Source: Eledone cirrhosa (lineage: Eukaryota). From it: 64,000 nt of DNA. A model generated the notes under the pieces. That model had not been told where the DNA came from. It worked only from the letters and a program-made list of their open reading frames with translations, and made no database searches. Below, one piece after another: positions 38,158-51,929 of this stretch (the stretch's first letter is position 1; each line of letters starts with the position of its first letter). Made by a program: the position numbers and the translations under genes. Location of the stretch: assembly GCA_964016885.1 (NCBI GenBank), contig OZ024741.1, forward strand, positions 393,080,001-393,144,000, given 5' to 3'.

Positions 38158-40317
38158 CTGACTTAGATTTGTCATCTGTGCTAGTCTTGTGAAGATCACT
38201 GCATTTATCATTAGCAGACTGGATATTGATGGATTCACAGCTGTCCGGCAGATTATTAGAAACAGTTTCCTTCAACTGACTTTGAGACGAGGAGGAGACA
38301 GACTCAGAATTGATTGCAGCTATACTTTCAATCTTGGAACCAGACAAATTAGACTCATTAGAACTCTTGTACACAGACACTGTTTCAATATCATCTTTGA
38401 TACTTAGTTTCCAAGCACCAGCATCTTTTACAGTCTGCAAGGTTTCTTTGATTGTAACTGCACAAATTTCATCAGTTGGATAAAAAACATTTCTGTTAGT
38501 TTTCTCATTATCTCTAACACTTGCAGTGTCAGAAGTAACATTCAAACAGTTCTCAGTTTCTTTAATTGTATTATCTCCAACACTTGCAGTATTTTTAATT
38601 TGACATTCTTGGACTGGAGCTGTTCCTTCTGCAATATTTGTCTCCGTGTCTGTCTTAACATTTGTTTCACTTAACTCTTTTGATTTAACACTAACATTTT
38701 GCTCATCTGTTGTTTGCTTACAAATATTAGCATCTATTCTTATATCTACATCCTGTTCATTAACACCATGTTCTGTATTACACACTAAAGTCTGTTCATC
38801 AATTATTTCTGTTTCAGTTTCAGTTTTTATTTTTGGCACTATGGTTTTTTCACTATCTTTGTTTTCACTTTTAGACACAGTGGTATCTTTGCTATCTATA
38901 TCTTCACTTTTAAATACTGTCACATCTTTGCTAACTTTGTTTTCAAGAGTATCCACCACAACGGTCTCCTTAATTAAATTTTCAGCTTTAGATATTTGTT
39001 CAGTTTCAGATCTTAGTGTTTCTGCATTAACATTGCCTTTAAAATCAGGGTCTTCTCCATGATTTGCTGATTGTTTGTTGTGGCTATGAGTAGTTTCATC
39101 AGATTCTGTTGCCTCTACAACTAAATTAGTTTCTTCTACTAAATTATGTTTGTCTGTCTCAATATCTGTATCTGGAACAAGGTTATCTGAATCTGATAAG
39201 CTTTTTTCAAATGCTTCTTGATTATCTTCAAATTCAGCTTCATTATTCCCATCAGCATCAGGTTTAGTTTCACATTTGTCATGGCAATTTAATCCATCAT
39301 TATCAGACTCAATCAATTTGTCAGTATTCTCAGAATCTTTGCAAAGATTTTGGTTGGGTTCTGAATGATTTAAGGGGGAGGAGGAGAAGGAGGAAGAATC
39401 AATTAATACTTCATTTTCATGGACCTCATCTTTGTCAACAGTATTAGCGGAAAATTCTTTAGCTGAGCTGCTACTCAAATTTGGAAATTGAACAATTTTG
39501 TTCTTATCTTGATCAAGAGACTCTTTGGTATGCTCCACAGGGTCCAGGTTGACAGTTTTGTCATTTTCAGATGGAGCATTCAAAAAATCTGGTGAGGTGG
39601 GAACAAAAGCTGGAGCTTCAGGATTTAACTGACAATCAAGTCTAAGAGATTCTTGTATCTTATCATAAGCTAGTTGACTATCTTCAATACAATAGTCATC
39701 CTCATCAGGGCAGTCTTCCCATTCCTCACCTTCTGTCGTGCCATGAACAACACCATAATTGGTTTCATTTTCAGCATCTTCATATATACCACTATAAAGC
39801 TCTCCATCATCAATATATTCATCTTCCAGCATAACACCCTCTTCATCATCATCATCATCATCATCATCCTCATCATCTTCCTCATCATTACCACAGTGAA
39901 GGTGGTCACCATTTTGCAGGTTAATCTGAGACTGGTCCCATGAATTCTCCTGGATGGTATCCCACATTTTTTCAGCAGGGGCACAGCCTGGTGTAGGACA
40001 TGATTTACTGTAAGGAGAGCTTACTACAGAATGTGATGCCTGATCATATGAAATAGGAATGCTAGCTGAAGCAGTTCCACTACTACCAACTGACCGTAAT
40101 GCCATACTATCTGAATCAGAGTATTCAACTTCTACATCATCTCGAGCACCTGGAGAATTGTCTATCTTTACAACAAGCAGATCCCTTGTACACTCAACTT
40201 TACGAGAATCACTAGCAAGATTTGCTGGTATGATACGACTTCGAGGTGGAGCAGTTATGCCACGTCCTCTTCCACGGCCTCGGCCCAACAGTTTCTTGCC
40301 TTTATCAGCCTTCTCAG
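38158..40317 (-). CDS. Large 2160-nt coding exon of a host gene: disordered acidic protein with RG box and PAM2 motif
   Basis: Within the 788-aa ORF; acceptor ttttcttttattcttttAG before 40317 and donor CAG|GTATTT after 38158; phase 1-1; GRGRGRGRG at ~40259-40285; LNPEAPAFVP at 39599-39628. Confidence 0.85.
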
Positions 40318-41184
40318 CTAAAAGAATAAAAGAAAAATTCACAAAAAAATACAACTAAAACAAATCTAAAATCTATTGTTTTCTTCATTTTAAAGTTTTA
40401 ATAGTAATAATCTGATAAATTAAACCATAAAAAAGTGACTAATCTTGACAGCATACCTTCAATCACCCTCAAATAGTGTTCTTCAGAGCTAACTCCTAAC
40501 ATCCACAAACTTTTCATCCCTCTCTCTATCTCTGAGTGTATGCCAGTCTTTGAAAACATGTTGCAATGTATCTCATTCTCAAACAGCAAACTTTCAGTCT
40601 GCAAAATACCAACCTATCAAACTCACTACCATCCCTGCAGAAATGGGAGTATTACTCTGTTATCACCTTCAATCACTGTGTATGCTTAGTGACCCCCACC
40701 CCATAATGACCTCCATAGAACAAGATCTACTGGGGCCTTACTCTCCTAAGCTACTCATCAGTGCTCCTTCACCTTGATAACTTCACTGAAAGCAATGTTG
40801 ATGAACATTAGCAAATCTGTTAACTGTGCCTAGCATGAGAACCTCCCAACTAAGGTGTGATAGCTATCTCTCCTTTCTAAGATTACATGTGGTGCCAGCC
40901 TAACAGCACCATTACAGTATGTCACCACAGAGCTCTCTCTCACCTACATCCTACTAACTCTAGTGTCTCCAAGGTACAGTAATGTATTTCATACTCTCAC
41001 TTTCATACATTATCAAATACTTGCTCTCACTAACAAGTCACTCATATGCAGATGATAATAGACTTCATTCCTCTTTAGCCTCCTGCACACTTGCATCATC
41101 TACACACTTTTAACACCTGACACCAGACATGCACTGAGCCCATCATTAAAGACCACTAAAGTCTAATTTAAAGGGTAAAAACCC

Positions 41185-41465
41185 CATTTGGTCACCAATG
41201 ACCATGGGTTGTGAAAGACCAGCAGTTGCCTATGCATAACAGCCCCCACTCTCGATGCCACCAATATTGTCCAAAGGAAAGGCAAAGTCTGATACAGTTT
41301 GGCACCAGTAATGTCACAACTCATTTCTACAGCTAAGTGAACTAGAACAATGTGAAATAAAGTATCTAGCTCAAGGACATAACACATCACCCGGTTCAAG
41401 AATTGAACTCACAAATTCACAATTGTGAATCCACCTCTCAAATCTCTAAGCCACATGCCTTCACA
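41185..41465 (-). mobile_element. CORE-type SINE
   Basis: Reverse complement of the tRNA head (gaattgaactcac) and CORE region (gtgaaataaagtatctagctcaagg). Confidence 0.7.
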
Positions 41466-42149
41466 AAGCATAATTAAGCAGACATAACTACCATGTCTCT
41501 CTCAAAAGCACAATGACTCAACTACTACACATATTGAAGAACAAACTTTACCTAATGCTATCATAAGTAACACAATTAAAACCCTCAAAGTTGTTACAAG
41601 TGTTAGGCTTCACAATCTCTCATGGTGACTACTTTCCCACATATATAACATTACTAAAACTGTATAAAAAAACTAGAGTATCTATTTATGACTAGAAAAT
41701 ATTTCAGCTTTGATCAGTTGCTGATCCAAAGCTCAGGTAAGACTTATTGCTAATGCACTAATATGTTAGACCATATCAATTCTTCAACCATTGGATATCA
41801 GGTGCATTTTTTCTTCCCTTTGTCTATTCTGAACTAAGAATTGAAATAACATCTTCAACCAGTCTATCAAACTATGTACAAAACACTTTTTCTTGTGTGC
41901 TTCTTCCTGGTGCCAACTTCTGAGAAAATGAATTAGATGTATTTATTGTGGAATTGACAGAAGAGAGGTTATTTTCTATTCAATAATAATCCAGTTTAAT
42001 TTGTCACAGGTGTTCTCAAAGATTTAGTTGCTTCAAATGCAAATTCATAATCTTTCTTCCATGCAAAGAATTTACAATGGATATTAAACGAATGACTGGT
42101 TCTTGTTGAAGATATGGCTGATGTCAAAATATATTTTCTTCTATATAAT

Positions 42150-42541
42150 GGAGGCGCATGGCTTAGTGGTTAGAGCGCATGGCTTAGTGGCTTGCAATTG
42201 AAAGGTTGTGAGTTCAATTCTCAGACCGGGTGATGTGTTGTTTCCTTGAGCAAGACACTTTATTTCACATTGCTCCAGTTTCTCAGCTGTAGAAATGAGA
42301 TGATAGGACTGGGGTCCCTATCATTCCACTGCAAAGTGGTTGTGGAGGTGCTACGGCAAAAAAGCACCCAGCCCACATTGTAAAGTGGACGTGTAGGCGC
42401 CACGGAAAAAAAAGCACCCAGCACTCACTGTAAATGAGGTTGGTGTTAAGAAGGGCATCCCACTAGAAATCAAGCCAGAATCAGTTCCTGTCCCACCCTT
42501 GCAAGCAGGGAAAAGCAGACGTAAAATGATGATGATGATGA
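42150..42541 (+). mobile_element. Full-length CORE-SINE, family B, with RTE-derived tail
   Basis: A-box TGGCTTAGTGG (duplicated), B-box GAGTTCAATTC, CORE region, (GAT)n tail. Confidence 0.85.
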
Positions 42542-42899
42542 TACTTTATATTGCTATTCTCTTTAATACATTTACAACAAAATTAAAATAGATATTAATT
42601 ACATGTAATAACAGTTAAAATATTGCCAATAATTAGGAATTTAAAATGACTCCTTTAGATAAGTATTAACCTCTTAAATAATCAGTTGTTTTAAAAGGAA
42701 GATATATGATAATGTAATTAGTAATGATGCAAAAGTTATTTTATAGCATCTTTGTGCATGGGCACACCACTCTTTATATCAACTTTATCTCCTCAGTGCT
42801 TTGTAAAAGTCTATGAGATCAGCTACCCATGTGTTTGTTTATAACTAGAGTTGTTTAAAAAGAAAGATATATGATGCAAATAAAAATTTAAACACTTAC

Positions 42900-42932
42900 C
42901 TATTCGGCTAGGGCGCTTCACCTCAGTTATTT
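42900..42932 (-). CDS. 33-nt coding microexon of the host gene (EITEVKRPSRI)
   Basis: ctttcttgctctgcAG acceptor; consensus AG|GTAAGT donor; phase 1-1; in frame with neighbouring exons. Confidence 0.7.
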
Positions 42933-44984
42933 CTGCAGAGCAAGAAAGTACTGCAATATTTACAACATAATAAAATATATTTTGCATATTTGAAAAAAGA
43001 GAATAACAGGCAAATTGTAAGACAGCGAAAGAAAGATAAAAGCAGTACATGTAGAAGATTTGAGAAGGTGAAATTACTGGACATACTAGAAAAAGTCATT
43101 ACATTTCCAAGTAATTCTCACAAAGCTATACTTACCAAATAAAAGCATTGGTCACAGTATGCTAACTAGATAATATTTGAATTTTCACATAGAAATATTT
43201 AAAAGTATAAATAGCTTTCAGAAAAACCATACACTATTTATTCATTCAAAGTTATCCTATAAAATACATTTTAATTCATATCAGAGAAATATCTGAAATA
43301 AGATCAAGTCAACTAATTATTTTAGAAATAACTGTTAATGTTGATATATGTAAACTATAAGGTGAAAACAAATGTAAGAGAGAGCCTAATTTTGCAAGAT
43401 TTTAATTCATTAAAATTGCTTAAAGTCATCTCCTTGAAAAGATTATATAATAAATAATAAATGAAAAAAACTAATCATGAAAGTATTCAGATTCTATCTT
43501 TGTAGAGAGAGTAAGAACATGTCTGATTGTGTCTTTGATGCAAGGTTTTAATCTGAAATTATTTTATAAGAGGACTGGTTTTTATACACACAATAATTAT
43601 TTTGATGTATGGTGTACCCTATAATCATTGCTGGATGAAAAATACTGAGTATGAATAGATTAATTACAATCTGATGAAATAACACATAACTTTGGTAACA
43701 ATAAAAATGATAAAATCTAAGTTTAACTCACAATACTTTGATATCAAAGAGAGAGGTGTAAATGTAAAATTACTATACAGGACTAAATAGAATTTCATAA
43801 CAATTTCCTTACTTCAAGGGACAAATCACTGTTTGTTATCCAATATGACAAGAAAATAACTTGTGGTATTTAGTTACATACTCAACGTAAATTCTACTTT
43901 CCTCTTCATCCTTGAAGATAAAGTCATGTACAATCAAGTAATGACATACATTTTAATTAGCTATGCTATTTCTCAAAATTATTGTGCGAATAGTAATCAT
44001 TATAACTTTTAAATATAAATAGTTTAGAATACAAAAGAAAGTTTTACTGAAATAACTGTTGAAGATACTACAAATATCAAACATTACTTAAAGAACTCAG
44101 ATAAGCAGAAGAAAAGGCTTTAAAAGAAAACAATGAAAGTAAAGGGTGGAAATAAAAAAGAATATTTTGTTCTAAGATAATTACTAAGAAATGTGTGTTT
44201 AGTTCATTGTTCTAATTGTTCAAGACACAAAAATTAAGATGACGAAACCAAAATATGATACAGTTGCATATGAGCTAGTTACAAAAACAAAGAGATTAGA
44301 CTAAAAATGTAATTGAAAACTATGTGAATAGATTTAACAGTATAATATACAATATGTAAAGGATTGACATTTCTAATTAAAAGCTTAAGTTAATAGCTCA
44401 GTTGCTCTCAAAATTACAAAAACTTTTAATTGCAGATTAATATTCTAGAATATTATTATATTTCAAAATATTGATTGGTAAAGAAAACATTAATTAATCA
44501 AAAATATTACTATCTTGAACATAAAATGGTATTAACTTTTCTAAAAATGAAACATTTTACATTTAATAAAATAAATTGGACAAGACAGCAGTCTTGTCTT
44601 GGCAATATTGTGAGCTATATCATAAAATGTAAAGATTCACAAAATAGTGAGAAAAGGCTGTTGTTTTCTAAAAATGTTTTCAGAGCAAATGTATCATGTG
44701 CTTAAGCATGAAGTTTCAGGCTGCAATGGGATGCACTAGTAATATTTGTATTTTGGTTTATTGCATAAGATAAAGAAACTTTAGATATAACATGCTAATG
44801 GAAATTAATTAAGTGCATGTCCAAAGTAGCCCAATGAAGCTTACAAGTGAATGAATTTGATCACGATGGTATTCAGCCCTCATGCATAGGAAACAATAGA
44901 TGGAAATAAAACTGTGAAACAGCAATAGTGGTATTACTTTAGACCAGAGACTTCTGGATTAAAACATGGTTCTTTAAAATTATG

Positions 44985-45187
44985 GTTTCTGATTTAGGCA
45001 CAGGCAGAAGGGAATGTCGATTAAATTGACCCCAGTGCATTAAGGGTACTTTATTTTATCAACCCCATTTGGATGAAAAGCAAAGCTAACCTCGGTGAGA
45101 TTTGAAATCAGAAGGTAAAGGGCTGTAACTTTTTGATGCAAAGCATGGTGTCAGATGCTCTGCCAATACTGCAAATCCACTGCCTTT
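44985..45187 (-). mobile_element. tRNA-derived SINE, family A (older copy)
   Basis: Diverged family A core and head. Confidence 0.7.
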
Positions 45188-45789
45188 ATAATTCTTTAAA
45201 ATAATAAGTGATGATTTCTAACATTTATTCCTCAATTCTAAAGGTTTTAGAAGCCAGATTTTCCAGCATTTCTATGTCTACATACTCACCTCTATCTCCA
45301 TTACAAATAAATAAATAAATAAAATTCCGATAGCAACAATAATCAAAATTTTGCAATAACTCTTGTCTCATAGGACCCTTATTTCAGGGCTATATTTTGT
45401 TCAATAAAAAGTGGTGTCATAAAAAGTTAGGAATAGTATTGAATCTTTCTCCAAATCAGATTTTAAACAGTTCCTGCTTAACAGAGGTTTAAAGAACTTT
45501 TTGGCAGTGTTAATATGATCACAACAACAAAAAACAATCAGAGAAAATAGCATTATTTAAAAACATTACAAGTAAAGCATGATGGTTTCTGGGCTATTAA
45601 ATGAAATATCACCTCAATGAATTAAAGAATAGAGATATAAATGTAAATAACAGTTTTTGTTTACTGATAAGATATATTGGCTATAGGTTCAGTGGTAAAT
45701 GAACAACAATACAACTTAAAAAACAGTTTGGCCAATTAACAAACAGACTGTTGGCTACTGGGCTTAGTTCATCACATAATTTCAAGTTT

Positions 45790-46400
45790 TCTTAGGTTTT
45801 CCTCTTCCATAGGTTCCATCAATTTCGAGTGTTCTGCATTTTTTTTATGCAGATATAATCCTTCATATGCATTGCATATCCATACCAATGCAGTCTTCTC
45901 TTTTGTACACTGCATCTGATCACTCTTATGTCAAGTTGTTTTCCCAGCTAATTTTTGCTTCTTTGCTCATATATTACAAATCCATTAGACATGTTTATCC
46001 TCATTTCTGTCCAATAATCATAAGTCCTCAGTACACAAAGCCCAAGTCTCACTTCCATGCAACATTGCCATACACACACAAGCATTATACAAACTGCCTT
46101 TCCCTCTGAAGGAGAGGCCCTTTGTAACTAGCAGTGGTAGTAGCTCCCTAAATCTTTTCCAGCCACTCATCACTTTGGCTACTGTATTTTTATAACAAAC
46201 TAATTTAGTCCCCAGGTAGAAGAAGCTGTCAACTACCTCTAGGGAACAATCTGAGCATTTGATAGGGTTTGTTTCATTTGAGCTATTGCTGCTTACTGTT
46301 CCTCTGCATCATAAAAAGCCTACATTCTTTACTAGCTTGTCTGAGACCCCACTTCACATCTTGTGTAATCATAGCTTACATTTTGTTCATAAGATAGAAT
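45790..46400 (-). mobile_element. Degenerate RTE LINE fragment
   Basis: Reverse complement similar to the LEVVDSFFYLG..GWKRFRELLPLL region. Confidence 0.65.
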
Positions 46401-46559
46401 CAGAGCTCTGTTTTCCTTTTTACTCACTAGGACTTAAGTTTTTGCTAAGTTGACTGAGGGCTTTTGATTCCAGGTTTTGCTTCCATGTCTGGGATTTCTT
46501 CTCTAATATATATATATAAATGGCTTCTAAAGGACTAGAACTGTTTCATTTGGGAGAAA

Positions 46560-47747
46560 TCATCAGGAATATATTGGATACCTTCTCCAATGCATGCACT
46601 GTGTTTGGACTAAATATTGGTATAAAAAAGACAAAGGTCATGTACACTCCACCAGTTGGGAAAGTGTATGTGGAGCCAGACATTTTCATGAGGAAAAAGA
46701 CTTGAGGTGGTAGACAGTTTTGTGTATCTCAGAAGTACACTTAGTAGAAATGGTACCCTCAATGCTGGAATAGATCACAAGATCACGAAAGCGAGTCTTG
46801 CCTTCGGGAAGCTTGAGAAATGAGTCTGGTCAAATCAGGGTATCACAAAAATCACAAAACTCTCTGTGTATGAGGCCTGTGTTCTTGCAGCCCTGCTATA
46901 TGGATTCAATACATGGACAACTTACAGGCATCATATCAGGCAGTTGGAAAGATTTCATCAGCATTATATACGACGCATCCTGAACATCAAGTGGTCCTCT
47001 TACACACCTGATGCTGCGTACTTGAAAAAGCGGGTAGCAACAGTATTGAGAGGAGGATTATTATGAACCAGATGCATTGGGCTGGTCATGTGGTCAGAAT
47101 AGAAGATGGAGGGCTGCCTAAACAGCTATTTTATGGGGAGCTGACCAGAGGAAACAGGCCACGGCATCAACCAAAGAAGTGGTTTAAGGATGTTATAAAA
47201 GACAATCTTAAAGCTCTGAAGATTGTGATATGGAGAACAGGAAGAGACTGGCTGAAGGCCGTACATCATGAAGAAAGATCATCAAATACGGATGTGATGT
47301 CTTTGAGAAAAAACAAGTGGAGTTTGCTGTTTTGAAGCATTCACTTCATAAGTGTGACTCAAGTGCAGTGCCTGCAAAAATTCAGTAGGAATTGAGGTGC
47401 AATGTATGTGGCCGATTTCTTCTAACAAGAGCTGGTTTTGTTAACCATCTGAAATCACATAAGCCAGGGAGAAATCAAGTCAACTGTGAGAGGGTTTTAC
47501 TGCCACACATTCAACGGTACATTTGCAGTGAGTGTGGATTAATTTACAAGTCAGTGGGTGGTCTGACCAGACATGGTAGAATGCATGAAGATATACCCAA
47601 GCTAGTATTGCCAGGAGACAGACAGCTCAAGTGTCACATCTGTGAACATACCTGGAAAACAAAAGTAGCTCTGAAAAGTCACCTGCATGCACATGATCTT
47701 GCAATGTTTAATGAAGAGATGGCACTCTTCTGACAAGAAGTAGCAAT

Positions 47748-47750
<3 letters not shown>
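46560..47750 (+). mobile_element. RTE (BovB-like) LINE 3' part ending in three C2H2 zinc fingers
   Basis: FGLNIGIKKTKVM, YEACVLAALLYG..WTTYR, WAGHVVRIEDGGLPKQLFYGEL, then CxxC-x12-HxxxH three times in ORF 47392-47733; ends in (TA)n. Confidence 0.85.
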
Positions 47751-47807
<57 letters not shown>

Positions 47808-48435
47808 GTGTGTCTGGTTTCGAATGGGCGCATCATAAGAGGTCACGAAAAGGGTAGGCAGCAGGAAAGGCATTGTCCATAAAAATATTGCTCCAAAATG
47901 TACTCCACAATGAATATGAGCTCATTCATGAAGCCTGTAAGGCTGACTCGTGCTTTAGCAGGGAAAACTGCCTTCAAACGCTTACTAGTGTATATATACT
48001 ATATACGTACAAAAAGTGTATATAGTGGTGGAAGTTCAAGTCATGAGAAAGAAAGAAGTGAGGGAAAGAACTCCTATAGCCTGAATTAGCCCAAATATTT
48101 TCAAACAATTTTTGACAACAGTGGAAGTGGACTTTGTTTATAAACGAACTGGCTGAAAATACAAACAAAACAAAACATTTTGCTTTTATTTGATCTCCTT
48201 AAGAAAGTATATTCATTTAAGCTGATTAAACTAGAACACAGCCAAATGTATATAGAAAAAGGGAAATAACTTATGTGCTGATTATGAGTGAAATAAAAGA
48301 GGTGAAAACAGTCTCACATTTTGAGTAGGAAAGTGGGAAAAACCTTCAATCAACTGAAATTAACCTAAACAGGAGTTAACAGAAATGTGTGTGAATGTAT
48401 ATATATATGTATGTGTATGTGTATATATATATATA

Positions 48436-48742
48436 GTTCTACTTTGGGAGGGTCATGCTGCCAATAAAAACACATGCACCTGTTGGTTTTCACTATTATA
48501 TATTTACTATATTTCCGGTTAGTTGGTTCAATAACTGGATGGTTGTTTATATATTGTCAAAGCTCTTTTGTCACACATTCTGTGACCTGTTCAGTGACTG
48601 GGTTTTTATTTTGTGTCTCTCTTTTGTTCTTTCCTACACCATCTTGTTTTTATTGGCAGCATGACCCTCCCAAAGTATAACAATATCTGTTTCAACACAC
48701 GTTTTCACATAAGAAATCTTGCAAAGTAAATTCAAAAACGAA
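48436..48742. mobile_element. Non-autonomous Penelope fold-back derivative with a decayed hammerhead
   Basis: 33-bp perfect IR at 48440-48472 and 48645-48677; body homologous to the 3' UTR of the 31-34 kb element; tail on the right only; hammerhead remnant at 48556-48599 (-) with a mutated core; within (TA)n. Confidence 0.85.
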
Positions 48743-49205
48743 GTATATATATATATATATATACACACATACACATTTTCATTTCTTTCTGTTTCATAAT
48801 TCATCCAAGCTTTAAAATTAAGAAATATAAGAAGATATATGATTTGTTCTCATATAGTATTATACTTTAGGGTCCCAAATAAAAGAGGGTGGGGAATAAG
48901 TGTGAGGTGACTGGTAATTTTACTAGGTTGTCCCTGTTGATTTTAAAAAAAATATAATTAGTAATTTAGTTTACATATTGAGACCCCAACACATTTAATG
49001 TTTTTAAATGTATAAGGAAAATTAATTGTCGTAGGAATGCAACCACTTAAAATAAAATTTTGCCAGAGATAAATTAGCAAAATTTAATAAGCAGGCGGTG
49101 AGTTGTTTTGGAAGATGGCGGGGGGGGTTTTGAAATCCGAGACTATGTCAATGATTTTTGTTTATAAGGTTCTTGTGTGTATATATATACGTATGTATAT
49201 ATGTA

Positions 49206-51925
49206 TATCATCATCATTTTACATCTGCTTTTTGCTGCTTGCAAGGGTGGGACGGGTCCTCTTCAGTACAGCATCTCTCCACTTGTCATGGTCCTTCATC
49301 ATCTCCTCCGTGAACTTGAGCGATCCCACCTCTGCCTATGTTTTCGTGGTCTTCCTCTACTGCATCTTCCTTCCACTGGGATTTCTTGGCACTTCTTCAC
49401 CCAGCGATTATCTTCCATGTGCATCAAATGTCCATACCATCTCAGTCTTCTCTCCCGCACACTACAACTTATCCCTCTTATACACAGTTTCTCTCTCAAC
49501 TCATCTATGCTTGGTCATTCACGTACATTGACATTACACATCCAACGGAACATACTTGCTTCATTTCTCTCCAGCCGTTGCATATCCTCCGCAGTTGCTG
49601 CCAATGTCTCACTCCCATGCAGCATCACGCATCTCACAACTGACCTTTCATTCGTAGGGAGAAACCCTTCATTGTCAACAGAAGAAGCAGCTCTCTAAAC
49701 TTCTTCCATCCTGTCCTTATTCTAGATACTATGGCCTTGGAGGATCCCCCTCCCATGCTAATCTGATCACTTAGATATCGGAAGCTATCAACCACCTCTA
49801 GAGATCCTACCTGCATTTGAAAAATGTGCTTATAACTGAGACTTCTACTATCAATTTTCCCTGAACATCTACTACATACAAAGTTTTCCTTTCCTGTTAG
49901 TTTGCCTGCTATCCCACTACACCTCTTGTGTACCCAAGATCGTCATTGTGTACATTGTATAGAGTTTATGCCAACTCCTTTTCTACATATCAAGCATGGC
50001 CATTTTTGTCCTCTTTTCTACTTATCAACACTTTTCTCTTAGCTAGGTTCACTCTCAGTCCTCTTAATTCCAACTGCCGTTTCCATAGCCAGAATTTATT
50101 CTCTAGCTCCTCTACTGATTCTGCTCTAAGTACCAGATTGTCAGCATAGAGAAGTTCCCATGGACAGCCAGTCCTAAACTCCTCTTTTATGGCTTGGAGG
50201 ACTATAGTGATAGAAGTGGACTAAGGACCGAACCCTGATGAGCTCCTACTTGTATCTGAAATTCCTCACCAAACTCCATTCCTCCCCTCACTTTACTGAC
50301 AGCTCCTCAGTACATAGCCTGCACTGTCCTCACAAGCCATTCCTCTACACCTAGTTTTGTTAGGGATCACCAGATGGCGGATCGAGGTACTCTATCAAAG
50401 GCATTCTCTAGGTCAACAAAAGCTAAATATAGTGGCTTATTCTTCTCTAAGAACCTCTCTTGTAGATGTCTCACTAAGAAGAGGGCATCTGTAGTACTTT
50501 TCCCAGGCACAAAACCAAACTGCTTCTCATCTAATTTGACTCTTTCTCTAATTAGTTGCGCTAATATTCTCTGTCACTTTCATAACCTGATCCATCAGTT
50601 TTATACCCCTATAATTGCTCCTCACAAAGCATCCTCTTTACCTTTGTAACAATTTATAAGAATACTGCTGCACCAGTCATTGGGTATCACTCCACCATAT
50701 ATAACTCCTGATGTCTTTAACATCTCAGCAACTATCCCTGATGGTCCAGCGCCCTTACCACTTTTCATTTCTTTAATTGCTTCTTTGACCCTATAATCGT
50801 CAACCTGAATAGCTAGTCCCTGTGTTGGGTCTGCTGGGGGTAGCTTCTCTCTCTCCCATTCATTCACCAGTCTCTCATAGTGACATTTCCAGGCCTCCTT
50901 TTTATGAGCAACAGTGACACTAAATGCACCGGCATCATTTCGGACACACTTATCTCCAACAACATCCTAATTTACACTGACACACTGCCTTGCAATGCGA
51001 AACACCTCCCATCTCTGATCCTCTCATCACAAAACACTGGGAAACCTCGTACACTCAACTTCCCTGCGTGCTATGTACACTTGACATCTAGCCTCTCTTT
51101 TAGCGGCTGAGTACCGGTCTCTACTCCCCCCATTTTTCCAATTCTTCCATGCTTGTCTTTTGTTTTTAATGGCTCTATCTTCCATGCTGTTCCACCACCA
51201 AGTCATCCTGTTTGGTTGGAGCTTTGTTCCAGCTGCAAGTCTCTTCAGTTGCGTGAAGTAGGTTGACACATAGGAACTTCCAGTTATCTTCTATATCATA
51301 CAATTCTATTTTGTCTTCTTTCTTATCACACACATCCCATAGGGCTTTCCTAAACCTATATCTAAGTGAAAGCTCCTTTAGCTTCCAGACCTTCCTGTGT
51401 GTCTCAGTCTGTCTCTTGCTTATTGAGATGTCACGAACAGCTAACCTATGATGGGGGGGGGGGGGTGCATTCTTCTCCAGGGTATGTCTTAGTATTTGTA
51501 ACCATCTGTCTGTTTCAACTAGCAAGAAGTCAATCTGGCTCGCTTGATTATTAGGTGATTGGCAGGTTTCCTGAAGTTAGTGTTCCAAATGGTTAGTTCA
51601 CTTGCATCACAAAATTCAAGAAGCCTCACTCTTTCTTCGTTTCTTGAGCCATAACCATAACCAGCGCATACCCCAGTGTATCCATCCTGGAGCTGTCCAA
51701 CATGACCATTGAAGTCACCTGCTATTATAACTATATCTCTGTCCTCTGTCATTATGCTTGTCTGTAGAAGTTGCTCGTAAACGCAGTCCTCTTCTTTACC
51801 TAGGCCCACTTGGGGAGCATAGGTAGAGATAATTGGCACAGTCTATTCCCTACAACTAACCTAATGTTGATGATTCTATTACTTACTCCAACTACCTCTA
51901 TTGTTTTGTTAATTCACTTCTCGGC
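49206..51925 (-). mobile_element. Long degenerate RTE LINE (APE endonuclease and RT)
   Basis: Minus-strand ISTYAPQVG, IIAGDFNGHVG, GKGAGPSGI, FVDLENAFDRVP, ELLYADNL, LRWYGH; 3' end ..GTAAAATGATGAT. Confidence 0.88.
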
Positions 51926-51929
51926 CATC

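Noticed and set aside
37988-40354. 788-aa ORF as a single-exon gene
   Set aside because: Both ends translate intron-like sequence (F/I/L-rich) beyond clear splice sites, so it is treated as an internal exon at 38158-40317; read-through to the stop at 37988 cannot be fully excluded
41708-41737. 30-nt plus-strand AG..GTAAGA microexon candidate
   Set aside because: No partner exons on the plus strand; weak pyrimidine tract
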